A DNA stretch of 64,000 nucleotides, from contig JBDTMN010000004.1 in NCBI GenBank assembly GCA_039934295.1, positions 4,840 to 68,839 of the forward strand, written 5' to 3'. The position numbers and the translations under genes are program-made. The notes under the pieces are model-generated. The model had not been told where the DNA came from. It did no database searches and worked only from the letters and a program-made list of their open reading frames with translations. The DNA comes from Candidatus Tayloriibacteriota bacterium (GTDB lineage Bacteria > Patescibacteriota > Minisyncoccia > Phycocordibacterales > HO2-43-120). Positions 1 through 9,081 of this stretch are shown one piece after another (position 1 is the stretch's first letter; the number at the start of each line of letters is the position of its first letter).

Positions 1-2
1 GA

Positions 3-161
3 GAACGCCGGCAATTCCTCTTGCAAACGCTCGACAAGCTCTTAATCGCCTTGCACCCCTTCATGCCTTTTGTCACGGAGGAGCTATGGAGCGGAGTGCT
101 CCACACGGAAGACAGCAAAAAGTTATTGATGATAGAAAAGTGGCCGACAGATAACATATGA
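3..161 (+). CDS. valS: valyl-tRNA synthetase, 3' end (partial)
   Basis: Frame 3 reads ...KLLIALHPFMPFVTEELW...MIEKWP, the anticodon-binding signature of ValRS; stop TGA at 159-161. Confidence 0.8.
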   Translation, partial: ERRQFLLQTLDKLLIALHPFMPFVTEELWSGVLHTEDSKKLLMIEKWPTDNI

Positions 162-261
162 CATGTAACACGCAACATGTAACATGCAATGAGAAAGAGG
201 ATTTTGATTTTTTTGGATGTTACATGCTAAATGTTACAAGCTACGTGTTACATTTTATTCA

Positions 262-1062
262 ATGGCTATCGCAAACACAATTGCATATAGTTTGATAGGT
301 GGCATCATTCCCGCCTTGATTTGGCTTTGGTTTTGGCTTAAGGAAGACCATCATCCCGAGCCCAAACGCCTCATCATCTACGCATTCCTCGCGGGCATGC
401 TCATGGTGCCCTTGGTTATTCCATTTCAGCAATATGTGCAGGCCACGATTTTTCCCGGAGATATCTCGTCTCCGAGTCTTTTTCACGGACCAACTGTCTT
501 CACTCCCTTCGTTCCCCTTCTCACACGCCTATTTCCTATGCAAGTTTGGCTTATCATTTTGTGGGCGGGACTCGAAGAGCTTTTCAAATTTATTGCGGCC
601 TATTTTGTCGTCTTGAGGAGAAAAGACGACAATGAGCCGGTGGACAAAATTATTTATCTTATAACAGTGGCCTTGGGCTTCTCCGCGCTCGAAAACGCCC
701 TTTTCATATTCAATCCCCTCTTTGACGGCAATTATAGTTTGAGTTTTATTACCAGCAACCTGCGCTTCGTGGGAGCTACCCTCTTGCACACTATCTGTTC
801 TGCCTCAATTGGAGTTGCACTCGGCCTTGCCTTCTACAAGAGCCGTTTATCAAAGTTCCTCCACCTGTTAGGCGGATTTGCCGTGGCTCTCGCCTTGCAT
901 ACTTCCTTTAATTTATTTATAATAAACAGCAAGGATGAGATCAACTTCGCAGTCTTCTATTTTGTCTGGCTCTCGATTATTATTCTCCTTCTCTTTTTTG
1001 AAAAAATTAAAAGCGTCATTAACATAAATGCGGCTCATAGCGAAAAAGCATCTTCGCAATGA
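262..1062 (+). CDS. PrsW family intramembrane metalloprotease
   Basis: Multi-TM; motifs HPEP, EELFK, GFSALEN, LH..C, ALHTSFN. Confidence 0.9.
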   Translation: MAIANTIAYSLIGGIIPALIWLWFWLKEDHHPEPKRLIIYAFLAGMLMVPLVIPFQQYVQATIFPGDISSPSLFHGPTVFTPFVPLLTRLFPMQVWLIILWAGLEELFKFIAAYFVVLRRKDDNEPVDKIIYLITVALGFSALENALFIFNPLFDGNYSLSFITSNLRFVGATLLHTICSASIGVALGLAFYKSRLSKFLHLLGGFAVALALHTSFNLFIINSKDEINFAVFYFVWLSIIILLLFFEKIKSVININAAHSEKASSQ

Positions 1063-1075
1063 GTTACCTAAAAAA

Positions 1076-1537
1076 ATGAAAGATAGAAGATCATTTTTCG
1101 AACGTCTAACCGGCTCTGTCCATGTTGACGAAATGGAAGAAGAGGCTCTGGAAACGCGAAAGGTGCCCCGCAGTGACTGGAAAGAAGAGACCGAAGCGGA
1201 TAGCGACGGTCAGCTTACCGTTGATGTGTACCAAAATCCAACCGACATCATCATTAGAACGATGGTGGCAGGAGTGCGACCGGAAGATTTGGATATTTCC
1301 ATAACGCGAGAAATGGTGACAATCAAGGGAAAACGGGAATCCGGCCGAGAGATATCCGAGCAGGATTATTTTTTCAAAGAGCTCTATTGGGGAACATTTT
1401 CGAGAACGATTCTCCTTCCTCAAGAAGTGGAAGTTGAGGATGCGGAAGCCACGGAGAAATTTGGACTCTTGACACTGCGATTGCCGAAAATAAATAAAGA
1501 GAAGCAAACGAAGCTCAAGGTGAAGTCGAATACGTAA
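1076..1537 (+). CDS. Hsp20/alpha-crystallin small heat shock protein
   Basis: VDVYQ...VAGVRPEDLDI...ELYWGTFSRTILLP...GLLTLRLPK. Confidence 0.9.
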   Translation: MKDRRSFFERLTGSVHVDEMEEEALETRKVPRSDWKEETEADSDGQLTVDVYQNPTDIIIRTMVAGVRPEDLDISITREMVTIKGKRESGREISEQDYFFKELYWGTFSRTILLPQEVEVEDAEATEKFGLLTLRLPKINKEKQTKLKVKSNT

Positions 1538-1553
1538 AGGGAGAAAGTAAAAA

Positions 1554-1599
1554 GTGACAAAATTCTCATTTTGTCATCCCCGCGGATGCGGGGATCCAG
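1554..1599. repeat. REP-like palindrome (GTCATCCCCGCG-N3-GCGGGGATCCAG family) with adjacent TGACA..TGTCA hairpin
   Basis: Related copies at about 17337-17412, 24647-24714, 25519-25564, 42277-42322, 43729-43774 and 50870-50950. Confidence 0.85.
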
Positions 1600-1643
1600 T
1601 ATGCCCGAGCCGAAAAGTTTACCGAACGTCGGTAAACAATAAA

Positions 1644-2231
1644 TTACGGTACCATATCGGCGAACACTACCAGCCGTTTACTGTAGCTTTTTTTTGATTT
1701 ATCCCAATCGCCCACGCAGGTAACAAGATTAAGATGCACGCCAACTTCGGACTTAAAAACCTCCGGCGCATAGGCGTCTTTATCATACTCTCGACTTTCT
1801 TTCACTTCAAAGGAGACAACCTTGCCCTCGCCGTCTTCAACGTATATTTTGTCTCCTTTGCGCAATCTGTCTAAATTATCGAATATCGCCGCAATACCGT
1901 TTTTCCAGCCCCAATGACCCGCGATGACGGCACTACCTTTCTCCCCTGGGAGTGTTCCTAGAGAAAACCAGGCAACGTGAAGAGGGTCGTCAGGCGCCTC
2001 CATAGCGCCATCCGGCGTAAGACCGACAGTTCCGACTTCAACATCAACATTGATGCTTGGAATCTTCAGGCGCGTAGGTTTGATTAAAGTTGACTGAACG
2101 GTTTTTTCGTTACTGTCAACTTTGCTCTCCTGATGCAGAAATGGAACTAGGAAAAGCGCGGACACTGCAATTAGAATTATTGAAAATATTTTTTTTCCTG
2201 TGGCTGTATTCATTGCAATCATTTTCTTCAT
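1644..2231 (-). CDS. class F sortase
   Basis: N-terminal TM anchor; RLKIPSI, GSAVIAGH, LNLVTC, KRLVVFA (His-Cys-Arg triad). Confidence 0.9.
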   Translation of the reverse strand: MKKMIAMNTATGKKIFSIILIAVSALFLVPFLHQESKVDSNEKTVQSTLIKPTRLKIPSINVDVEVGTVGLTPDGAMEAPDDPLHVAWFSLGTLPGEKGSAVIAGHWGWKNGIAAIFDNLDRLRKGDKIYVEDGEGKVVSFEVKESREYDKDAYAPEVFKSEVGVHLNLVTCVGDWDKSKKSYSKRLVVFADMVP

Positions 2232-2334
2232 TATACTCCAAAAATCCGGTCCCAAAAAATGGCGGAACCTGTTTATTTACCTTCCTATTCGATTTGAGGA
2301 CTCCGACGTCGAGAGACCTGTTTCCACCCCCCCC

Positions 2335-4839
2335 CTAATTTGGCGACGCGTCCTCATTTCCAGTAATTGGAAACTGCACACCCGACTGCTTTGAGAGAAT
2401 ACTGTTCAACCTGCCTAACGAAATAGGCCCAAAAAATCCTGTCGGGGGCAAAATAGCGTTCGCCGTTTGCCAAGAGACAACCGCAGACCTTGTAATGGGG
2501 CCAAAATAGCCGGTCGGAGTGGGAATGTTGAGAAAATGATTGGCGATAAGAAATTTTTGGAGGGCCACAACATCGTCTCCAGTACTCCCGATTGTAAGGC
2601 TTCGTGTGAACGTGAACGGCGACCCTAGGCTTACCCCTTGCGGAGCTATCCCCACGGGGCTTATGGCCGGTGGGACTATGGCAACTGAATTCGGCACAAG
2701 GTCGGTAAATATCACCAATCGTTTTGTGAAGTCTTGTATGGATTCGTCCCAAGAACCAAGAAGACAGGTGATGATGTTGAGGTGGATGCCACCGTCGGAA
2801 GAAGAAAAAACATCGCTCGCATCAGCATCTGATTTATAGATGCGAATTTCTCTGACCGCAAAAGTAAGTGTTTTTCCTTTTTCATCTACAACAGTGAGCT
2901 TGTCCCCTTCCACCATTTGAATCAATTTGTTGAAAACTTCCGCTTTCCCGTCCAAAAGGAAACCGGTGTGACCGTCAATAACGGCGCTACCAACTCCCCC
3001 AATGCGTGCGCCTAGATTGAACCATCCAACCTCACCATAGCCCGATGGCACATCCATCAAACCTCCCGTCGTCAAGCCAACCGGCACAATTGGAGCATCA
3101 ATATTGAGATTCGGAATCTTGAGACGTCCTATAGTAGGAAGGGTACTACCGGTGGAAGGCAGTGACGGAGCCGGTTCGCTAACCGGTGGCTGATTACCTA
3201 TAGTAAAAAAAAACAGAAGGAGAAAGAGCGCCGAGCCCAAAAAGATGAACTGAAGCAATCTTTTTTCCTTTTTCCTTATCGCCCAAATCGCGAAGAGAGT
3301 CGCGAGTAAGACAAACGCAATGAGGATGACCAGAGGGGCATCCGAATTATTGTTGGAAGCTGGATTTATTGCTACGTCAAACAGCACAGGCGCTGTCTTA
3401 TCGTCATTATTTGCAAAATGAGGAAATTTCACCAAATTGGGAGACGCGACGACAACCGTCGTAAGGGCGTAATCAATGGCAGTCAAACCGTTTCCACTGC
3501 CGTCCGCTGTGGCCGTGACCGTGCTCACGCTGTTGTCGGAAACATGCATTGTGCAGGTGTAGACCCAGCTTTCCCCGGTGTCGAGCAAGCTGTTTTCATT
3601 GAAATCGCCGGAAGGGACAGAGAGAGTATTGCACGTGTTATCTGCAACGCTTACGTTTGAAAGCGCAACCGTGCCAGGATTAGTTGCAACATACGTATAG
3701 GTAACATCCCCTCCGCCAATAGGCAAAACAAACCTGTCCGGAGTTTTTATAACGCTAATTAATGGAGCCGGAAATGAAACGCCGACGGTGACTTTTGCAA
3801 CCGCCGAATCAATCGCGGACAAACCATTGGAAAAACCGACTGCAGTCCCAATATTTGTGGTGGTCTGCGTAACTCTCGCAGTGCATCGGTACGTCCATTT
3901 CTCCTTGATATCAAGTTTAGAATCGCTATTCGTGTCGCCGGAAATGAGATTGACCGAGGCGCACTTGTCATCACCTACCGTAACATTCCCAATCGCAACT
4001 TTCCCGACATTCAAAACTGTGTACGTGTAGGTGACCGATCCAGGACCCTCGGGCAAGGAGAGAGGGCTTGGCACTTGCAAAATGGAAATAAGCGGAGGGG
4101 TAGCAATAGTGTCTGCCGGTTGACTTGACGTAGGAGGAGGCGCGCACGTCGCTCTGGTAATGATGTTGCCATTCAAACTAACCGTCCCCTTTTCCGCAAG
4201 GACCCGTCCCTCCACGACTGCTCCAGTTGAAAGTGAAGCAGTGGTCAAAGCTAAAATATTTCCTCTTAAGATTGATTGTTCTCCGAGGTTCACCGAATCG
4301 CCGACAGCCCAAAAAACGTTGCAAGCTTGGGCCCCGCCCGCAAGAACCACCTCGCTTCTCCGCGCGGTTGCGAGAGTCGAAGTAGTTTTAAATATAAAAA
4401 CTGCGTTGGGGTCGCCTTTGGCATCGAGCGTGAGCTTACCATTTATCGCAAAAGTGCCGTCTGCGGATGCATATATTCCGGGAGTTTGAATTGTTCCGCC
4501 AAGCTCTGAAGGCACGGTTGCGCCTTGCGTTCGCCCAAGGATGTCTCTCGCCGCTCTCGCCAAGTCCGCTTTTGCAGAGGCGACCGGAACATCTGCCACA
4601 TGCAAAGTCCCGATAACGGATCCGTGCCCGAATCCGGAGAGCACAGTTCCGGGACCAACGCCGACATCACCATTTATTACAGAGTCGCCCGTATTTGTAA
4701 TTGAAATGCCCGCTAACACCGCAAAATTGTCGGCTGTTTCCAGATTTACCGGAGCTCTATAGTCTGCAGACGCCACAGTTCCGCTCATCAAAAAAACGAG
4801 TAGCGAAAGTATGAGGCGTGCGTCAAAATATTTTCTCAT
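2335..4839 (-). CDS. fusion protein: ice-binding-like (DUF3494) domain, two Ig-like repeats, 2 TM, class F sortase domain, peptidoglycan-binding domain
   Basis: FAVLAG..ITNTG..GDVGV, GAQACNVFWAVG, GRVLA (DUF3494-like); VTYTYTV.N.G repeats; GSAVIDGH/IITC/KRLVIF sortase; RSLTIGSTGDDVVALQKFL..TGYFGPITRSAV (PG-binding). Confidence 0.8.
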   Translation of the reverse strand: MRKYFDARLILSLLVFLMSGTVASADYRAPVNLETADNFAVLAGISITNTGDSVINGDVGVGPGTVLSGFGHGSVIGTLHVADVPVASAKADLARAARDILGRTQGATVPSELGGTIQTPGIYASADGTFAINGKLTLDAKGDPNAVFIFKTTSTLATARRSEVVLAGGAQACNVFWAVGDSVNLGEQSILRGNILALTTASLSTGAVVEGRVLAEKGTVSLNGNIITRATCAPPPTSSQPADTIATPPLISILQVPSPLSLPEGPGSVTYTYTVLNVGKVAIGNVTVGDDKCASVNLISGDTNSDSKLDIKEKWTYRCTARVTQTTTNIGTAVGFSNGLSAIDSAVAKVTVGVSFPAPLISVIKTPDRFVLPIGGGDVTYTYVATNPGTVALSNVSVADNTCNTLSVPSGDFNENSLLDTGESWVYTCTMHVSDNSVSTVTATADGSGNGLTAIDYALTTVVVASPNLVKFPHFANNDDKTAPVLFDVAINPASNNNSDAPLVILIAFVLLATLFAIWAIRKKEKRLLQFIFLGSALFLLLFFFTIGNQPPVSEPAPSLPSTGSTLPTIGRLKIPNLNIDAPIVPVGLTTGGLMDVPSGYGEVGWFNLGARIGGVGSAVIDGHTGFLLDGKAEVFNKLIQMVEGDKLTVVDEKGKTLTFAVREIRIYKSDADASDVFSSSDGGIHLNIITCLLGSWDESIQDFTKRLVIFTDLVPNSVAIVPPAISPVGIAPQGVSLGSPFTFTRSLTIGSTGDDVVALQKFLIANHFLNIPTPTGYFGPITRSAVVSWQTANAILPPTGFFGPISLGRLNSILSKQSGVQFPITGNEDASPN

Positions 4840-4843
4840 TTTT

Positions 4844-5239
4844 TTATTCAACCTTATTTCCAAACTCTTCGTCAGCCACATCCAATTCTGCATCGCGCTT
4901 TGTCATCTGAACACGCCCGTCGATGTGGTTAGGTGGTGAGTACATCGTGTAGATTTTTAAAGATTCGCCTCCGGTATTTACGAAGTTATGCTTTGTTCCC
5001 GGAGTTACCACTACCACATCTCCCGATTCGAAGGGTTTCCTCACTCCGTCCAATAGTGACACGCCATATCCTTGGAAAAGAAAAAGAGTTTGTTCGGTGT
5101 GAGGATGAGTCTCCTCTCCGATATCTTCTCCGGGCTTTATGTCCATCACAACAAGCTGGCTATTCTTTCCTGTGAAAATGACTCTTCTAAAAGCCGTGTT
5201 GTCCAGCGTTTCTTTTATTATATTTCCGGAGTGTGACAT
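4844..5239 (-). CDS. cupin domain protein
   Basis: SQLVVMDIKPGEDIGEETH...GDVVVVTPGTKHNFVNTG. Confidence 0.9.
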   Translation of the reverse strand: MSHSGNIIKETLDNTAFRRVIFTGKNSQLVVMDIKPGEDIGEETHPHTEQTLFLFQGYGVSLLDGVRKPFESGDVVVVTPGTKHNFVNTGGESLKIYTMYSPPNHIDGRVQMTKRDAELDVADEEFGNKVE

Positions 5240-5372
5240 TGTGGAAGGTAAGATGAAGAACTCGTGAAAGCAAGCGCGCAACTTATATGCCTCAAACGGC
5301 AACTGAAATAGGGACAATGTAGCCTCGCACAGAGACGGACCGAGGATTCATCCCTTAAGAATTTATGCGGAG

Positions 5373-6914
5373 CTAAATTGATTTCTTCTTTCGAGTAGTG
5401 TTGAGCAGGAGCAAAATCGCAACGAGACCAACCGAGATAATGATATTCCAAGGGACAGTATCATCAGGAGCAATTCCAGTATTTGGCAGGGTAGGTGTGC
5501 CACTAGTTGGCAAGTCCACTACTAGAGCACCCACAGGAACAGTCACCTCTGCCGTATCAGAAACTGTTCGGCCGTTCGCTTCACCAGTGGCGGTAACAAT
5601 GTTCGTGGTAGTTTGATTGAGTGTAGTTGCACAGCGATAAATCCAAGTTTCGTCGTTATCAAGCAATGAGTCCTCATCTGCGTCACCAGAAACAAAGCTC
5701 ACCGAAACGCATTTATCGTCAACGACTGTCACAGTACTCAACGAGAGTGGGCCGGGATTGGTAACCGTGTAGGTATATGTAACCAGTCCGGGTCCTGCAG
5801 GCAGTGCCGAAGGAGTCGGAAATTTTTCCACATTGATACGAGGTGAGGAAACAGACCTTCCTCCTCCGCTTGAACCACCACTTCGTGGAGGTGGGATGTC
5901 ATTGTTATTTACCGTACATATTGCTACATCACCTCCGGCAAGGGTGATAGTACTGCCATCTACCGCAGAACCTCCATTATTGACACAGCTGAATTCTGAC
6001 GCACTATATCCTGAAGGACCTGATTCGGAAAGCGTATAGGTGTCGGCATTGAAAACTCCGCCGTTAACCAAAGGAGTGGTTCCGCTCAAATTTGTCGGAC
6101 TGCCACCGGTGCCGGTCGCTTGGAGAGTCCAATCGGTAGGAGATGCATTTCCACCATCGTCATTCGTGACAGTCTTTGTGAGAGTAAGAAGCGGACTTGA
6201 AGCGCAAACAGGCACTGTAATCGTGTCATTAGACGCAGTGACAGTTCCTCCAAATGCCAGAGCCCTTCCTGTCCAGCCCACAGTATCACCTATGGTAATA
6301 CCCGCGGCATCAATAACAGTTCCGACAAATGTTGAGTTTGCCCCAAGCGTCGTGGCCGATGTAGGAATCCAGAAGACATCGCAAGCTGAAGCACCACCCG
6401 TTAATAGAACAATAGAGTTTGCTGTTGAATCAAGTGCTCCGTCCATCCTGAAGATGTATGTTCCTGCGCCGTTTAGAGTGATAGTTGATCCTCCACCGAT
6501 GTTGACAGCGTTGTCAAAACAATAAATTCCGGGTGTGTACTCGGTAGTAGTTGCGCCGAATGTGGGAACGTGCGTAGTTTCAGATGCAAGATCAATTGGT
6601 CCAGAAAAAGTTAAGTCGCATGGGGTTTGATTATTTAGATTGACTAGAGCAACTCCTTGGGCCGTTCCTGCATTGCTGTAGACGGTGTCTGCCACATGCG
6701 TAGAACCGCTAACCGTCGCCGCCGTTCCTGTTGTATAACCAAGATCTCCAAAAATACTGTTTCCGCCGAGGTTGCTAAAAGTATCAGAAAGAATACCAAA
6801 CGAATTGGTCGCCCCAAGATTTGGCGTGGTCGCCGCAAAAGCCGGAATGGCTGACCCAGCCGAGAAAAAGGCGAGCGCTAACAGGACTACACCCACTTTC
6901 TTAAATTTTTTCAT
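5373..6914 (-). CDS. secreted ice-binding-like (DUF3494) surface protein with LPXTG sorting signal
   Basis: Signal peptide; GASACDVFW, GRALA; Ig-like domains; C-terminal LPNTG + hydrophobic stretch + RKKK. Confidence 0.85.
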   Translation of the reverse strand: MKKFKKVGVVLLALAFFSAGSAIPAFAATTPNLGATNSFGILSDTFSNLGGNSIFGDLGYTTGTAATVSGSTHVADTVYSNAGTAQGVALVNLNNQTPCDLTFSGPIDLASETTHVPTFGATTTEYTPGIYCFDNAVNIGGGSTITLNGAGTYIFRMDGALDSTANSIVLLTGGASACDVFWIPTSATTLGANSTFVGTVIDAAGITIGDTVGWTGRALAFGGTVTASNDTITVPVCASSPLLTLTKTVTNDDGGNASPTDWTLQATGTGGSPTNLSGTTPLVNGGVFNADTYTLSESGPSGYSASEFSCVNNGGSAVDGSTITLAGGDVAICTVNNNDIPPPRSGGSSGGGRSVSSPRINVEKFPTPSALPAGPGLVTYTYTVTNPGPLSLSTVTVVDDKCVSVSFVSGDADEDSLLDNDETWIYRCATTLNQTTTNIVTATGEANGRTVSDTAEVTVPVGALVVDLPTSGTPTLPNTGIAPDDTVPWNIIISVGLVAILLLLNTTRKKKSI

Positions 6915-7142
6915 AGTTTTTTACTATAAATATTTATTTTACTATATTTGGACATCAATATTCGTTCTTATTGAATTATAGAAATTATTAAGCGAGCGAT
7001 TCAACAGCGTCGCTTTCAATCAATTGTAGCACATCTGTATGATTCATTATACTCGTTCATACAAAATGAAAAAGAGCAGGTCTGTGGATAACCAAATTTT
7101 CCAATTTTCTAGCCAAATAAGCCAAATTTCGCGCTTAGCCTG

Positions 7143-7401
7143 CAGTTCGATTCTGGGTACTACTTAGCAAATAAAAATAACCCCGAAAGCTGGGGTAGTT
7201 TTTATTTGTGCCGAGGCCCAGATGCCCTATCGGATCGGTCACGACTCTCGGCTCGTCGTCACTCGCCTCGGTCGCGACCCCAGCTCGCGATTTCGGCTAC
7301 TGCCGAAATAACGCTCCGCTTTTCGATTCTGGACGCGAAACAAGCAGTTGTTTCGCTACCTCGGCACAAATGAAAACAGCCCAAAAAGGCTGTTCATTTT
7401 G
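7143..7401. repeat. composite palindromic element carrying direct and inverted copies of the tRNA-Phe 3' half
   Basis: GTGCCGAGGCCCAGA at 7208 duplicates 7401; inverted T-arm copies (TTCGATTCTGG) near 7146 and 7322; inverted CCTCGGCAC near 7359; several hairpins. Confidence 0.7.
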
Positions 7402-7474
7402 TGCCGAGGCCCAGAATCGAACTGGGGACCTATTCCTCTTCAGGGAAGCGCTCTACCGACTGAGCTACCTCGGC
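7402..7474 (-). tRNA. tRNA-Phe (GAA)
   Basis: GCCGAGG acceptor stem, D-arm TAGCTCAGTCGGTAGAGC, anticodon loop CTGAAGA, T-loop GTTCGATT; CCA not encoded. Confidence 0.95.
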
Positions 7475-7592
7475 CTAAAACATCCGCAACGGATGTTCGC
7501 CCTAGGGCATATCCCAACATCAACAAACTAACTCTTTTAAGTTAGCACATTTTCAGTGAATACGAAAGAATGTCGGAGCAGGAGGCTCTATT

Positions 7593-7859
7593 TTACTGAT
7601 TGAGTAATTCTTTGTACTGGTCAATAATATTTGAACTTTTCGCAGATGGACTTTCATCTCCAAACGCGCCAAGCAAACTTGAAATATACATTTGGGCAAA
7701 ATAGACGCCTCCAATCGACAGGAAAATAATAAGAATCCAGTATGAAGCGCGCATAATGTTCGAACGTCTTTGCGAACGCCTCATACCTTTCAAAATTTCA
7801 TTATTCTCTTCCGAGAGTTTATACGTCTTCTCGAGCAATTCTTTTTCTTCTGGTAGCAT
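7593..7859 (-). CDS. small single-TM hypothetical protein
   Basis: 88-aa ORF, coiled N-terminus, one TM. Confidence 0.7.
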   Translation of the reverse strand: MLPEEKELLEKTYKLSEENNEILKGMRRSQRRSNIMRASYWILIIFLSIGGVYFAQMYISSLLGAFGDESPSAKSSNIIDQYKELLNQ

Positions 7860-7871
7860 AATAATTTTTTA

Positions 7872-8489
7872 TTATTTCACTTTCGCAATTTCTAGCGCTA
7901 ATTTTTCTGAAATTGTTTTTAAAGTTATTACATCTTTCCCCGCAAAGTTTTCCTTTGAAATTAAAGCATTTAGATCGTCGCAGATTTGATTGAAAGTAAG
8001 CGAATCTAATTGTCCTAATTTTTCTCGTTTATCACCCCAAGTAAAAGAGTCAAGTTTGTGCAAAATTTCCCTTACTTTTTTGTTTTTTTCAAATTGCGGA
8101 GGATACTGTTGAAGAATACGGTGCAATCTTTCAGAGTAAGTATCTCTATCCCGACTTTCTAATTCAACTGGAGGAATGTACAGCATTCTTTTAGGATGTC
8201 TCAATAGTCGTATTGATTTTGCTACTATTTGTTGTATGCGGGAAGGTCCAACTGCGAAATGCTCTCCAATTTCTTCTAAAGTTTCTCCTTGAAGAAATCT
8301 TCGCCTGATTATTTCTTTTGATCTTTCGTCCGGCAATGTCTCGATAAGTTGTTCAATGTCATCCCGTAATTGCGGATCGGAGGGAGTGAATTTTTTTCCT
8401 AATTCAGCGTCCTGTAGCATTTCAACAAAAGCTTCTCTTTCTGTAGCAGATACGGCATCTTCTTTCTTTATACGCTCAAATTTTTCCAT
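7872..8489 (-). CDS. sigma-70 region 4 (HTH) domain protein
   Basis: IIRRRF..GETLEEIGEHFAVGPSRIQQIVAKSIRLLRHP; no region 2 visible. Confidence 0.75.
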   Translation of the reverse strand: MEKFERIKKEDAVSATEREAFVEMLQDAELGKKFTPSDPQLRDDIEQLIETLPDERSKEIIRRRFLQGETLEEIGEHFAVGPSRIQQIVAKSIRLLRHPKRMLYIPPVELESRDRDTYSERLHRILQQYPPQFEKNKKVREILHKLDSFTWGDKREKLGQLDSLTFNQICDDLNALISKENFAGKDVITLKTISEKLALEIAKVK

Positions 8490-8674
8490 ATATGGACAAT
8501 TTTTAACACGACTATTCACATCATGATAAGAGTATACAGCATTTAGTATGAAGTTTACAGTATAAAAAAACGGAATATAGATTTTAGATTACAGATTCTG
8601 GAATAATTAAATAAGACTGATCTTTCTGATTCTATAATCATAATCTGTAATCTGTAGTCACTATTTCCCATTTT

Positions 8675-8800
8675 CTACACCCTGTGCCTTTGACGATGTG
8701 GCTTCTTGGGGACCTGCCCGAATGACTCGGTCGGGCGGGCAAAATCCTTATTCCTCACTTTACTACACCCTGTATCTTTGACGATGCGGCTTTTTAGGTA
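8675..8800. repeat. imperfect ~38-bp direct repeat flanking a CCTGCCCG..CGGGCGGG palindrome
   Basis: CTACACCCTGTGCCTTTGACGATGTGGCTT (8675) vs CTACACCCTGTATCTTTGACGATGCGGCTT (8763). Confidence 0.8.
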
Positions 8801-8944
8801 TATCGAACAGCGAAACAGTATGGTCCTCGGAATTGCTGAATCGATAGATATCCAAAAAGGGATGAACGCAAGGAAGAGATTTCTAATTTTTGACGATTGA
8901 GCGACAGTGGCATGCATAAAAGTATACCTAAGATTATATCACAT

Positions 8945-9069
8945 AGGACTTACGCGTTTGGATGCAGTTCGAGGCGCGAGGGAGGCTTGCGACTGAGCTG
9001 TAGTTTGATGCTACTGCTCAGGAGCAAACGACCGAAGCAACGAGGAAATGCGCCAAACGCGTAAGTCCT
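8945..9069. mobile_element. MITE with AGGACTTACGCG terminal inverted repeats and 7-bp target duplication
   Basis: TIR AGGACTTACGCGTTTGG / CCAAACGCGTAAGTCCT; ATCACAT on both flanks. Confidence 0.85.
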
Positions 9070-9081
9070 ATCACATTCGCT

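Noticed and set aside
1644-7401. Integrative island at tRNA-Phe bounded by att sites
   Set aside because: The tRNA 3' duplicate is only about 190 bp from the tRNA, none was seen at the far end, and there is no integrase
7208-7545. ORFs over the tRNA-Phe region
   Set aside because: They overlap the tRNA and palindromic repeats and are likely spurious
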